Positions 49,251-59,395 of a stretch of DNA of 64,000 nt are shown here, piece by piece. The DNA comes from an uncultured Bacilli bacterium. Its GTDB lineage: Bacteria; Bacillota_I; Bacilli_A; RF39; UBA660. A program made the translations under genes and the position numbers. The stretch is taken from assembly GCA_944332435.1 (NCBI GenBank), contig CALVJW010000002.1, positions 8,353 to 72,352 on the forward strand. Reading direction: 5' to 3'. The notes below the pieces were generated by a model. It made no database searches, was not told where the DNA came from, and saw only the letters and a program-made list of their open reading frames with translations. The stretch's first letter is position 1; every line of letters begins with the position of its first letter.

Positions 49251-50119
49251 TTTTTTATTTGGTTCATTACTTCATCAGCAAAGTTTTCTTCTCTTTTTTC
49301 CATTCCTTCACCAACTTCGTAACGTTTCATAAGTACGATTGTACCACCGTTATTTTTAACATATGTAGCAACATTAATATCACCATCTTTAACAAATGGT
49401 TGTTCTTCTAAACAAATTTCTTTATAGAATTTGTTAATTCTTCCTTGTACCATTTTTTCAGCAATATCAGCAGGTTTTCCTTCATTAATTGCTTGTTCTT
49501 TTAAGACAGTTCTTTCTCTTTCTACATCTTCTTGTGGAACTTCATCTCTTCTTACACAAGTAGGTCTCATAGCTGCAGCATGCATTGCTACATCTCTTGC
49601 TACTTCTTCACTTGCTCCATCAACTAATGTTAATACAGCAATTTTTCCACCCATGTGAATATAAGAACCAAATGATTGCCCATCTTCTTTTGTGACTTTT
49701 TCAAATCTTCTAAAACTTAATTTTTCTCCAATTGTTGCAGTCTTATCAACGATCATTGCTTCAATTGTTTTTCCATTTGCTTCTAATGCTAAAACATCTT
49801 CATTTGTTTTAGGATCGTTTGCTAAAATTGTATTTAAAATTACATCAACTAATCCTGTAAATTCTTCATTTTTAGCAACGAAATCAGTTTCAGAATTCAT
49901 TTCTACAATAACAGCATTATTACCATCAATTTTGATAGCAGCAATACCTTCAGCAGCAATACGATCTGCTTTTTTTGCAGCTTTTGAAATTCCTTTTTCA
50001 CGTAACCAATCAACTGCAGCTTCTAAATTTGCATCACATGCTTCTAATGCTTTCTTACAATCAAGCATTCCAGCTCCAGTTTTTTCTCTTAGTTCTTTTA
50101 CTAAACTAGCAGTTATCAT
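49244..50119 (-). CDS. tsf: elongation factor Ts
   Basis: N-terminal UBA-like ITASLVKELREKTGAGMLDCKKAL and a full EF-Ts dimerization domain. Confidence 0.9.
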   Translation of the reverse strand: MITASLVKELREKTGAGMLDCKKALEACDANLEAAVDWLREKGISKAAKKADRIAAEGIAAIKIDGNNAVIVEMNSETDFVAKNEEFTGLVDVILNTILANDPKTNEDVLALEANGKTIEAMIVDKTATIGEKLSFRRFEKVTKEDGQSFGSYIHMGGKIAVLTLVDGASEEVARDVAMHAAAMRPTCVRRDEVPQEDVERERTVLKEQAINEGKPADIAEKMVQGRINKFYKEICLEEQPFVKDGDINVATYVKNNGGTIVLMKRYEVGEGMEKREENFADEVMNQIKNA

Positions 50120-50169
50120 ATATTTTCCTCCTCTAAAATGAAAGATGACTGTAAGTCATCTCATTACCT

Positions 50170-51207
50170 TTATTTTAAAGCATCGATTAATTCTGCTTTT
50201 TTCATAGTTGAGTAACCTTTAATTTCTTTTGCTTTTGCAAGTTCACGAAGTTCTCCAACTGTTTTTTTAGAATAATCTACTACTTCAGCTTTTTCATTTT
50301 TTTCAGTAGCTTCTACAGTTTTTACTTCTTCTTTTGCAACTTCTTTTGTATCATTTTTTACTTCTTTTTTATTATCAACTTTTTTATCTTTGTTAAATGG
50401 TTTCTTTTCAAAACGTTTATTACGATCAAATCTTCTTCTATCTTCTTTTTTATGAACTGAATCTACAGCTTTTTGCATAATTTCTGATGCATTCTTGTCA
50501 TCATCATTTACATAGCTGTTCATTTTTAATCCATTTGCTTCGCAAATTGCATTTGCCATAACACCTGTAATTAATCTTACAGCACGAATTGCATCATCAT
50601 TAGCAGGAATTACATAATCTACCATATCTGGATCACAGTTAGTATCTACAATACCAAATACTGGAATATTTAATTTTCTTGCTTCACGAATTGCAATATC
50701 TTCTTTTGATGGATCTACAATAAACATTGCATCTGGTAATTTGTGCATATCACGAATACCACATAATAATTTATCTAATTTTGCGTATTCTTTTTTAAGT
50801 CCAATTACTTCTTTTTTAGGTAATACATCAAATGTACCATCTTTTTCCATATTTTCAATTTGTTCTAAACGTTTTACTCTTCTTCTGATTGTTTTAAAGT
50901 TTGTTAAAGTTCCACCTAACCATCTTTCTGTTACATAAAAAGATTCACTACGAATTGCTTCTTCTCTAATTGCTTCTTGTGCTTGTTTTCTAGTTCCAAC
51001 AAATAACACTTTTCCACCATTATCAGCAATTTTCTTTAATGCAGCATAAGCTTCTTCAATTTTCTTAGCTGTTTTTTGTAAATCGATAATATAAATTTCA
51101 TCTCTTGAAGTATAAATGTACTCTTTCATTTTTGGGTTCCATCTTTTTGTTTGGTGTCCAAAATGTACCCCAGCTTCTAATAATAAATTCATTGACACAA
51201 CGGCCAT
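50170..51207 (-). CDS. rpsB: 30S ribosomal protein S2 with a roughly 90-aa Lys/Glu-rich C-terminal extension ending in a Rho_N/SAP-like helix motif
   Basis: [27 protein letters not shown]... core of about 250 aa, then a KKEVK-rich tail ending [30 protein letters not shown]. Confidence 0.9.
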   Translation of the reverse strand: MAVVSMNLLLEAGVHFGHQTKRWNPKMKEYIYTSRDEIYIIDLQKTAKKIEEAYAALKKIADNGGKVLFVGTRKQAQEAIREEAIRSESFYVTERWLGGTLTNFKTIRRRVKRLEQIENMEKDGTFDVLPKKEVIGLKKEYAKLDKLLCGIRDMHKLPDAMFIVDPSKEDIAIREARKLNIPVFGIVDTNCDPDMVDYVIPANDDAIRAVRLITGVMANAICEANGLKMNSYVNDDDKNASEIMQKAVDSVHKKEDRRRFDRNKRFEKKPFNKDKKVDNKKEVKNDTKEVAKEEVKTVEATEKNEKAEVVDYSKKTVGELRELAKAKEIKGYSTMKKAELIDALK

Positions 51208-51365
51208 ATTCTCTTCCTCCTTTTGTTAGTCCTCTGTTACTTCTGCTTTTTACACCACCACAAATGGCACTCGGCATAAAAATCCATAACATGTGTATTT
51301 GAAAAAGCCACTAATAATATATCATAATTTATAGAAAGTCGCAAGAAAAAAACAAGTAATTCTAC

Positions 51366-51758
51366 TTATTTTCTATATCTTTTTACTTTATTTTTTGTCA
51401 AAGTAAGTTTTTCTACTTGTTCTTGTATTTCTGACATAGTTGGACAAATTCCCAATTCTTTGTTCTGTTGATAAAAATTAAATAGTGTAACAAATTCACC
51501 AAGTGAAAATACCTGATTTAATGGATGAACAAATATTGTTTTAGCTTGATCTTCTATTACTTCTTTAATTTCATTCTTTCCATTTTTATTTTTTAAAAAG
51601 ATAATAATATCTCCAGTTTCAATATCACGACATAACATGTAATAAATATTCTCATACATATCATCAGAAATATGATTTAAGTCAACTTCTACACCTTTTT
51701 CCTCATAATCATAAATACCAAGAAAAGCTAGAAATTTAGTTTCTTCTTTTTGTTGCAT
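51366..51758 (-). CDS. hypothetical protein
   Basis: 130 aa, no motif. Confidence 0.3.
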   Translation of the reverse strand: MQQKEETKFLAFLGIYDYEEKGVEVDLNHISDDMYENIYYMLCRDIETGDIIIFLKNKNGKNEIKEVIEDQAKTIFVHPLNQVFSLGEFVTLFNFYQQNKELGICPTMSEIQEQVEKLTLTKNKVKRYRK

Positions 51759-51814
51759 TATATCACCTCACGTATTATTCAATATAGCATTTTTATAATA
51801 AATTGTCTTGTAAA

Positions 51815-52123
51815 TCATGATTTTTTCATATTTTTACATAATTTCTTACAAGATATATCCGTTAAACGATTTTCTTCTTTTTTATAAATATGAAAAATAT
51901 GCTCTGAATTTCTCGCTTGAAATTGATAACTCATTTTATCAAGATTCATAGTAGTGGTAGAGTTTACTAAATAGGTTTCATTCCCTACCCCAATTGCATA
52001 TAATCCTTCTTTTAAATATATAATAGGAATTTTAATTCCACAATCATCGCATATTCCTTTTTTATCAAAAGCAGTTTCTTCTATTACTCTAATATTATGA
52101 TGTTGACAATTATTTTTTTTCAT
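51815..52123 (-). CDS. hypothetical protein (possible Zn-ribbon, CDDCG...CKKLC)
   Basis: 102 aa with two Cys pairs. Confidence 0.3.
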   Translation of the reverse strand: MKKNNCQHHNIRVIEETAFDKKGICDDCGIKIPIIYLKEGLYAIGVGNETYLVNSTTTMNLDKMSYQFQARNSEHIFHIYKKEENRLTDISCKKLCKNMKKS

Positions 52124-52206
52124 GGTATTTTACCCTCCCTTATATAATATACAACAAAATAATTTTATGCAGAAAAAAAGAAATTGTTCCTATTAACAAT
52201 ATCTTT

Positions 52207-52650
52207 TTATAAATTATTTAATTTTTCACGAATTATTTTATTTACAAATCCTAAATCAGCTTTTCCCTTCACTTTTGGAGTGATGGCTCCCATTAATTTT
52301 CCCATATCCTTTACACTAGTTGGTTTTACTTCATCAAATACAGAATCGATAATAGCAATTACTTCTTCTTCACTCATTTGTTCTGGCATATAAACATTTA
52401 ATAAATCAATTTCACTTTGTGTTTGACTAATTAAATCTTCTCTTCCACCCTTTTCGAATTCAACAATCGATTCTTTTCTTGTTTTTATTTGTTTGGCAAT
52501 AATTGTAATAATTTCATCATCCGTTAAATCTCTTTTTTTATTAATTTCTTCTAATTGGATTGCCCCTTTTACCATACGAATAACTGATAATTTTTCTTTT
52601 TCTTTATTTTTCATTGCTTCTTTTAAATCATTTAATAATCTTTCTTTCAT
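52207..52650 (-). CDS. yqeY: GatB/YqeY domain protein
   Basis: 147 aa, YqeY-like throughout (LNDLKEAMK...RRESI..Y...GR.DL). Confidence 0.8.
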   Translation of the reverse strand: MKERLLNDLKEAMKNKEKEKLSVIRMVKGAIQLEEINKKRDLTDDEIITIIAKQIKTRKESIVEFEKGGREDLISQTQSEIDLLNVYMPEQMSEEEVIAIIDSVFDEVKPTSVKDMGKLMGAITPKVKGKADLGFVNKIIREKLNNL

Positions 52651-52703
52651 ATGCTCCTCCTTAAGACAAAAAGAGACTAACTATTAGCCTCTTCCTCTTG
52701 TCA

Positions 52704-52907
52704 TTAATTATAACGATTTTCCTTACGCGCTCTTTTACGACTATTTCTGATTGCTTCTTTTTTCGCTTTTCTTCTTTTTACTCCAGGTTTCATATAACCA
52801 TCTAATCTATCGCGTACTTGTTTTTGGAGGCCATCTTTAGCGTTTCTTTGTTTCAACGTACGAAGTGCACCGTCAACGTTACCGTTTCTTACAACAACTG
52901 TAGCCAT
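52704..52907 (-). CDS. rpsU: 30S ribosomal protein S21
   Basis: Begins MATVVVRNGNVDGALRTLKQRNAKDGLQKQVRDR and has a basic C-terminus. GGGAGGG RBS before ATG 52907. Confidence 0.8.
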   Translation of the reverse strand: MATVVVRNGNVDGALRTLKQRNAKDGLQKQVRDRLDGYMKPGVKRRKAKKEAIRNSRKRARKENRYN

Positions 52908-53120
52908 TAGATAATCCCTCCCTTCTAAAACTATCGATATTATAACACGGATAATAAGGGATTTCAACCAAAAATTACGATATTAAAAATATTTTACATC
53001 GAAAAAGAAAAGGAAAACACAAATTGTCGTAATAAAATTCCAAATTCCAACCCAATTCGATATATAAAATAAAAGAAAATTAGTGAAAAACAAAATAGAA
53101 CTAAATACAACATTGCTTTT

Positions 53121-53285
53121 TTAATAAGGACAAGCATTATGATCCTTTATTCTACGAATTGCACTTCCAAAACTTCGACCAACATCTAAAAAAATATCTA
53201 ATATTCTAACAAAAGAAGATACCATGGTTCCTGTTATATTAATGCCACCTCGTATATTTTGTAATTGTTCTTTGTCTAATTTCAT
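53121..53285 (-). CDS. double-glycine-leader peptide B (54 aa; cationic amphipathic core of 40 aa). Not in the supplied ORF track
   Basis: MKLDKEQLQNIRGG|INITGTMVSSFVRILDIFLDVGRSFGSAIRRIKDHNACPY. The ATG overlaps the TGA stop of peptide A (ATGA). The leader fits the LxxELxxIxGG consensus. Confidence 0.6.
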   Translation of the reverse strand: MKLDKEQLQNIRGGINITGTMVSSFVRILDIFLDVGRSFGSAIRRIKDHNACPY

Positions 53286-53425
53286 TCTCGGCACTGATAT
53301 GGTCTTAAAAAACCATCAATAACACCGATGATAAAAACAATTCCTGCAACAATGATAGAAGCAGCACCAATGGATACCCCTCCTCCATAAATTGTCTTTA
53401 ACTCACAGTTTTCTATCTGTTTCAT
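53282..53425 (-). CDS. double-glycine-leader peptide A (47 aa; hydrophobic GxxxG-rich core of 32 aa). Not in the supplied ORF track
   Basis: MKQIENCELKTIYGG|GVSIGAASIIVAGIVFIIGVIDGFLRPYQCRE. The ATG overlaps the TGA stop of the 142-aa accessory gene. AAAGGA RBS. Confidence 0.6.
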   Translation of the reverse strand: MKQIENCELKTIYGGGVSIGAASIIVAGIVFIIGVIDGFLRPYQCRE

Positions 53426-53850
53426 AAAAACCATCCTTTCATTTTTTTTATTCCCTCTTTCATCATTGTCGTTTTTCCAAGAGAAAAGCGTAAGGATACA
53501 AATTCATTTTCTGTTTGAAATATTTTAGACTTTAATTGTAAAGAAAGTTCGATTTCATTATTTTCTAAAAATCTAGTATGACGTATTTGATAGCGATATT
53601 GCTTTTTCCCAATCCATAATTTTTTCGAATTCACTTGAGAAATAGTAGTAGGACTCATATGAACAACTATAATTACTTCATTTTCTATTTTCTTAGTAAT
53701 ACCAATTAGATGCTCTTGTTTTTGATATGGTATCATAAGAATAACATATATAAATAATAATAAAATAAGTAAAAGAAGCAAATAATAAGTTGCTAATTTT
53801 TCTTCTTTTTGATAGAAATAAAATTCGTATTTTTCTTCTAGCTGAAACAT
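53422..53850 (-). CDS. small single-TM accessory (or immunity?) protein of the peptide export locus
   Basis: 142 aa with one TM helix (YYLLLLLILLLFIYVILMI). Overlaps the PCAT gene's 3' end and peptide A's start. Confidence 0.4.
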   Translation of the reverse strand: MFQLEEKYEFYFYQKEEKLATYYLLLLLILLLFIYVILMIPYQKQEHLIGITKKIENEVIIVVHMSPTTISQVNSKKLWIGKKQYRYQIRHTRFLENNEIELSLQLKSKIFQTENEFVSLRFSLGKTTMMKEGIKKMKGWFL

Positions 53851-55898
53851 ATCTCTTTTAATACTCCATCTTTTAATTCTAAAATACGATTATATAAATA
53901 ATGATTTTCCATACGATTGCGATGAGAAATTACGATTACTGTTTTATTTGGATACTTCCAAAATAACAATCGTAGCATTTGATATTCTGACTGCTCATCT
54001 AATTGATTCGTTGCTTCATCTAATAATAAAATTTGATAAGAGTTTAATAAAGCTCTAGCTAATATAATTCGTTGTCTTTCACCACCAGAAAAATGATTAC
54101 TATTATCATCCAACATTGTATGCATTCCCAACTGGTATTTTTTTAAAATTGAATTGATATCACAAAGTTTTAATACCTCTGAAAAAGTTTGTGGGGAAAT
54201 CACTCGATTCATTAAAATATTTTGATAAAGTGTACCAGAAAATAACACTCCTTTCTGTGGTACATAGGTAATGGCTCGTTTCAAATCTTCTTTTCTTATG
54301 TCACAAATATCTACACCATCAAAATAAATCATATCTCTCTTAACTTTTTCATACTTCATTAACAATTTTAATAATGTTGATTTCCCACTACCGCTTACTC
54401 CTAATAATAAAATTTTTTCTCCTTTCCGAATTGATAAAGAAATACCATTTAGTAAGTTTTGGTCTTCTTGGTAAGAAAAAATCAATTGATGAAATGTAAT
54501 ATTTCCTTGGATCATATAAGGTAATAAAGAATTCTCCTCTTCTTCGAGTAATAAATAAGAAATTCGATCATAAGCATTCTTGGCTTCACCATAATAAATA
54601 TATAACATATGAAACTTTGAAATTGCCGCGACTAAATAACCACTTAATAATTCAAATAATAATAAATTGCCTATGGATAATCTATCTTCCATAATCAAAA
54701 TACCACCAATTAATAATTGTAATAAAACAACAATATCACAAACAGAAGATTGTAATAATTGATACTTCGCAGTAAATATTTGATAACTTCTATCTTTTTT
54801 AAAATAAGAAAATAAATTTTCTAAATACATAGAATGTATCTTTTTTTCTATATGAATTCCTTGAATCGTATTAAGTCCTAATAATAAATCAGATAAAACA
54901 GTAGTAACACTGGCTTTTTTCACTTTTACTTTATAATTTTTGTTTTGATAGTTTTGATAAGTAAAACGAAATAATAACAAATAAAATACTAGCAACATCA
55001 TTTCAATTTGAAATAACTGAATATTTAATCGATATAGTAGAATAAGAGAAAGAATAAACATAACAAGATCAAAAGAAAAAAATTGATAACAAATTCCTAA
55101 AAAATTTTGAATGATTGGTAAATCTTCTATTCTAGAAAGTAATTCACCAACCGTTCGATGTTGATAATATTGTTGAGGTTGAGAAAGAAGACGTTTTAAG
55201 ACATTGGATGTTAAAAACAATTGTAGTTTATGATTAAAATTTAAATATAATCTTGTTTTGACATACGTTGTGACATGAAGTAACAAATAAATACAAGCAC
55301 CCGAAAAAAATAATACGTAAAAATATTGATACTCCATACGAAATTCTACTGCATCAAACATCCATTTTGTAAAAAAACTCGTGCAAAAAGAATAGAAACC
55401 AATCATGATAGAAAAACAACATAAACGGATTGATTCTTTTTTAAAGCGTTGAACAATAAAATACAAAAATGTGAAAAAAGACGTATTTACATCTAATCGT
55501 TCAATTGGATGGATAGGGTAAAATAAAATCGCTATATTAGTCCACTTCTTTTGAAATTCTCGAAATGATATTGTTTGAACTCCAAAAGCAGGATCAGCAA
55601 TTGTTAATGTTTCACGCAATGAATTGATTTGATAAACAACGACATAATGATAACTTTCAACTTTTAAATGAGCAATAAAAGGAACCTGTAATCTTTTTTT
55701 CTCATTTAGTGTAGTTTTTATCCCCCAAGCATGAAAACCAAACTGTTTCGCTGCTTCTATTAAATCATATGCACTCGTCCCTTTATTTGTCGTATGTGTT
55801 AATTGCCGAATCCTTTCCATATTAGCATAGCCACCATAATATTTTAAAATCATTGAAAGACAAGCAACTCCACAGTCTGTTTCATCTTGCTGTTTCAC
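53838..55898 (-). CDS. peptidase-C39-containing ABC transporter (bacteriocin/peptide processing and export; ComA/LagD/SunT family)
   Basis: N-terminal C39 domain (QDETDCGVACLSM catalytic Cys, HYVVVYQI His), six-TM domain, then an NBD with Walker A GVSGSGKST, signature FSGGERQR, Walker B ILLLDEAT. Apparent GTG start with no SD. Confidence 0.85.
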   Translation of the reverse strand: MKQQDETDCGVACLSMILKYYGGYANMERIRQLTHTTNKGTSAYDLIEAAKQFGFHAWGIKTTLNEKKRLQVPFIAHLKVESYHYVVVYQINSLRETLTIADPAFGVQTISFREFQKKWTNIAILFYPIHPIERLDVNTSFFTFLYFIVQRFKKESIRLCCFSIMIGFYSFCTSFFTKWMFDAVEFRMEYQYFYVLFFSGACIYLLLHVTTYVKTRLYLNFNHKLQLFLTSNVLKRLLSQPQQYYQHRTVGELLSRIEDLPIIQNFLGICYQFFSFDLVMFILSLILLYRLNIQLFQIEMMLLVFYLLLFRFTYQNYQNKNYKVKVKKASVTTVLSDLLLGLNTIQGIHIEKKIHSMYLENLFSYFKKDRSYQIFTAKYQLLQSSVCDIVVLLQLLIGGILIMEDRLSIGNLLLFELLSGYLVAAISKFHMLYIYYGEAKNAYDRISYLLLEEEENSLLPYMIQGNITFHQLIFSYQEDQNLLNGISLSIRKGEKILLLGVSGSGKSTLLKLLMKYEKVKRDMIYFDGVDICDIRKEDLKRAITYVPQKGVLFSGTLYQNILMNRVISPQTFSEVLKLCDINSILKKYQLGMHTMLDDNSNHFSGGERQRIILARALLNSYQILLLDEATNQLDEQSEYQMLRLLFWKYPNKTVIVISHRNRMENHYLYNRILELKDGVLKEICFS

Positions 55899-55950
55899 AA
55901 ATGGATATTTTTTAAAAACCGTACTTCTTCACCCCCTCATTTATATCATT

Positions 55951-55985
55951 CGATAAAACTTTTAAAAATCCTTCAAAAAAAAGAA
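55951..55985 (-). terminator. rho-independent terminator of rsmD
   Basis: AGAAATAAG-gaaac-CTTATTTCT hairpin followed by a T8 run on the minus strand. Confidence 0.6.
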
Positions 55986-55995
55986 ATAAGTTTCC

Positions 55996-56538
55996 TTATT
56001 TCTTCTGATACACCTTTACATACTTATTACCATATTTTTTTTCTTTTATACAAGCAAGAATTTCTGATGCTATTTCTTCTTCATCAAACTCACATACTAC
56101 AATCGCATCATCTTTTAACAAATTATAATTTACTAATATTTCTAATATGTTATTGATAAAATGTTTTTTATAAGGTGGATCTAATAATACAAGATTAAAT
56201 TGAATATGTTGATGTTTCAATTCTTGTAATGCTTTATGATAATCCATATGCATTAAGTGATACGTTTCTGTAGCATGAAGTTTCTTTAAATTATTTTGAA
56301 TTGTTGTAATCGCAATCTTATTATAATCTACAAAATAAACTTCTTTACTTCCATTACTCATTGTTTCAATTCCTAAATTGCCACTACCGGCAAATAAATC
56401 TAATGCAATTGCATCTTTTACATAAGACTGAATCATTGCAAACATCGATTCTTTTACTCGATCCATTGTCGGTCTTGTCCCATCAATATCATGCCCATCT
56501 AATTTTATTCCTCGATATTTTCCACTAATTACTCGCAA
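55996..56538 (-). CDS. rsmD: 16S rRNA (guanine966-N2)-methyltransferase
   Basis: MRVISGKYRGIKL...TRPTMDRVKESMF...LDLFAGSGNLGIE...LDPPY motifs. Probable TTG start after a GGGAGG RBS. Confidence 0.8.
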   Translation of the reverse strand: MRVISGKYRGIKLDGHDIDGTRPTMDRVKESMFAMIQSYVKDAIALDLFAGSGNLGIETMSNGSKEVYFVDYNKIAITTIQNNLKKLHATETYHLMHMDYHKALQELKHQHIQFNLVLLDPPYKKHFINNILEILVNYNLLKDDAIVVCEFDEEEIASEILACIKEKKYGNKYVKVYQKK

Positions 56539-56670
56539 AAAAAACAACCTCCCATGTATAATTTTCTTCATTATGTTCAATATAGTAATGTAACAAATAA
56601 GTTACAAAATATACTCCCCTTCAAATCCTATTTAAAAAATAGGATTTTTTATATGTTTATTGTAACATAA

Positions 56671-56892
56671 TTATTTTAAATTAGACATTAAAGATTGCAT
56701 AATTTCAAATGTTTCCAACATTTTTGTAAAACGATCACTTGGTCTAAGTTGATAAGTATCCTTTACTTCTTCTATAAATGTTTGAAAAGTACTTGGATCT
56801 CGATTTAGCATTTTATACCAATAAGAATGTTCTTTTAGGTATCTTTGGTAATAAGGATTATTCTTTATCTTAAATTGTAAGTCAATTGTCAT
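56671..56892 (-). CDS. small hypothetical protein
   Basis: 73 aa. Confidence 0.3.
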   Translation of the reverse strand: MTIDLQFKIKNNPYYQRYLKEHSYWYKMLNRDPSTFQTFIEEVKDTYQLRPSDRFTKMLETFEIMQSLMSNLK

Positions 56893-57263
56893 TAATCTTC
56901 AAAATGTTTATAAATTGGTCTTGGCTTATAAGTTTCTTTTTTCGGTTCATCTTTATTACCAAAATCTTGTAATACGCCTAATACTCTTTGAATACTATTG
57001 ACCCCATTTTGAATACTATCTAAATCAATTTGTTTAACAAAATTAACAATTTCTGGGAAACCAATTCCCGCCGTAGTACTAGCCACTGTTTGTTCTGCTC
57101 TTTCTTCTTTCTTATTTAAATAATCTTTCCAAACAGTATCATCATCGCCATATAAATCATACATTTCATAAAACTTTTGCCAGTCCATTTCTCCTGTTCG
57201 TACATACTTTACCAATTGTGGATTTTCTTTTACAAACTTTTTAAATGCTTCCTTATTTGCCAT
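56892..57263 (-). CDS. hypothetical protein
   Basis: 123 aa. AGGTGG RBS before MANKEAF. Confidence 0.35.
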   Translation of the reverse strand: MANKEAFKKFVKENPQLVKYVRTGEMDWQKFYEMYDLYGDDDTVWKDYLNKKEERAEQTVASTTAGIGFPEIVNFVKQIDLDSIQNGVNSIQRVLGVLQDFGNKDEPKKETYKPRPIYKHFED

Positions 57264-57452
57264 TATAACCACCTAATACAGTATATGCGCAAATTAATAT
57301 TTATACACAAAAAGAAAGTAGCAATTACTTTCTTTTCCACTAATGATTATTTTTTTCTAGTTCATATTAATCATAAATTAAATATTAAATTTTTTACTAT
57401 TTCCTTCATCATTATATTTTTAATACCAATATAAATGTTTCCTTACTCTTTC

Positions 57453-59252
57453 TTATTCTTCTTCCATACTAAGTACTGCTAAAAAGGCTTCTTGTGGTAC
57501 TTCGACACTTCCTACCATCTTCATTCGTTTCTTACCTTCTTTTTGTTTTTCTAATAATTTACGTTTACGAGTAATATCTCCACCATAACATTTTGCTAAA
57601 ACGTTTTTACGTAATGCTTTAATATCTGTTCTAGCAACAACTTTATTTCCAATACTTGCTTGAATTGGCACTTCAAATTGTTGTCTTGGAATTAATTTTT
57701 TTAAACTTTCAACGATTGCTTTTCCTCGTTTATAAGCAAAATCTTTATGAACAATAATACTGAATGCATCTACTACTTCCCCATTTAGTAAAATATCCAT
57801 TTTTACTAAATTACTACTTTTATAGCCAATTAATTCATAGTCAAAAGAAGCATATCCTTTGGTTGAAGATTTTAACTTATCAAAAAAATCATATACAATT
57901 TCTGAAAGAGGAATTTCATAGTGAATATTAACTCTTGTTTCATCAAGATATTCCATTGATACATAGTTTCCACGTTTATTTTGACATAATTCCATAACGG
58001 GTCCAATATAACTGCTTGGTACAAAAATATTCGTACGAATATATGGTTCTTTAATATCCGCTATTTTTTGACGATCTGGCATTTTAACCGGACTATCTAC
58101 TAAGATAACACTTTTATCTGTTAGTGTTACTTCATATACTACTGATGGACTTGTTGCAATTAAACCAATCCCAAATTCTCTTTCAATTCGTTCTTCGATA
58201 ATTTCCATATGTAGTAACCCTAGGAATCCAGAACGAAATCCAAATCCTAAAGCATTCGATGTCTCTGGTGTAAATTCTAACGAAGCATCATTTAATTGTA
58301 ATTTTTCTAATGCTTCCCTTAATTCAGGATAACGACTCGTTTCAATTGGATAAAGTCCACAGAAAACCATTGGTTTCATTGGTTTATAACCTGGTAAGGC
58401 TTCCTTAGCTTCTTCTTTTACTAATGTAATCGTATCTCCTACTTTTACATCCGTAATACTTTTAATACTAGCAGATAAAAAACCTACTTCTCCCGTTACC
58501 AATTCTTTTTTTAACATCTCTTTTGGATTATGAATACCTAGTTCTACCACATCATAAGTTGCTCCTGTAGCCATCATTTTAATCTTATCACCAACATGAA
58601 GTGTTCCATTTACTAAACGAATTAAAGCCACAACACCTCGATATGGATCATAGTAACTATCAAAGATTAAAGCTTGCAATGCATCTTCTCTATTCCCTTT
58701 TGGTGCTGGAACTTTTTCAATTACTGCTTCTACTAATTCCTTAACACCAATTCCATTTTTCGCACTCGTTAAAATGATCTCATCTTCCTCAAATCCTAAT
58801 GTATCCATTAATTCTTTTTTTACTTTTTCTGGATCAGCATTTGGTAAATCAATTTTATTAATAACTGGAATAATCTTTAAATCATGTTCTAGCGCTAAAT
58901 AAAGGTTTGCTAGCGTTTGTGCCTCAATTCCTTGTGCTGCATCTACTACTAAAATAGCTCCCTCACAAGCAGCTAAACTTCTACTTACTTCATATGTAAA
59001 ATCAACATGTCCTGGAGTATCAATTAAATGTAATATATAATCTTCATTTTTATAATGATATTTTAATTGTACTGCATTTAATTTAATTGTAATTCCACGT
59101 TCTCTTTCAATATCCATATTATCAAGTAATTGATCTTGTTTCTCTCGCTCTGTAATTGCCCCCGTTACTTCTAAAATACGATCAGCAAGCGTACTTTTTC
59201 CATGATCAATATGTGCAATAATAGAAAAATTTCTAATATTTTCTTGTTTCAT
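57453..59252 (-). CDS. lepA: elongation factor 4 (LepA)
   Basis: [21 protein letters not shown]-domain, EF-G-like domains and the LepA-specific C-terminus. Confidence 0.9.
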   Translation of the reverse strand: MKQENIRNFSIIAHIDHGKSTLADRILEVTGAITEREKQDQLLDNMDIERERGITIKLNAVQLKYHYKNEDYILHLIDTPGHVDFTYEVSRSLAACEGAILVVDAAQGIEAQTLANLYLALEHDLKIIPVINKIDLPNADPEKVKKELMDTLGFEEDEIILTSAKNGIGVKELVEAVIEKVPAPKGNREDALQALIFDSYYDPYRGVVALIRLVNGTLHVGDKIKMMATGATYDVVELGIHNPKEMLKKELVTGEVGFLSASIKSITDVKVGDTITLVKEEAKEALPGYKPMKPMVFCGLYPIETSRYPELREALEKLQLNDASLEFTPETSNALGFGFRSGFLGLLHMEIIEERIEREFGIGLIATSPSVVYEVTLTDKSVILVDSPVKMPDRQKIADIKEPYIRTNIFVPSSYIGPVMELCQNKRGNYVSMEYLDETRVNIHYEIPLSEIVYDFFDKLKSSTKGYASFDYELIGYKSSNLVKMDILLNGEVVDAFSIIVHKDFAYKRGKAIVESLKKLIPRQQFEVPIQASIGNKVVARTDIKALRKNVLAKCYGGDITRKRKLLEKQKEGKKRMKMVGSVEVPQEAFLAVLSMEEE

Positions 59253-59395
59253 CCACATCACCTACTTCACTATTATAACAAACTTATTTCTATTTACCTA
59301 TATTTTCAAAGTAAAAAAAACAAACTAGTTGTTTTTCATAATAACGATTACTAAAATTTTTCTTTTTATAATAATTTGTAATGGAATATTCCAAT

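Noticed and set aside
51098-51302. ORFs 51098-51292(-) and 51105-51302(+) upstream of rpsB
   Set aside because: They overlap the rpsB 5' end and leader region. They are more likely chance ORFs in the rpsB promoter/leader.
53121-53425. A single 101-aa ORF with two in-frame GG leaders (a fused two-peptide precursor)
   Set aside because: A first-pass translation miscounted a T-run (six T, not seven, at 53303-53310). The corrected reading gives two separate ORFs overlapping by ATGA, with a TGA stop after ...PYQCRE.
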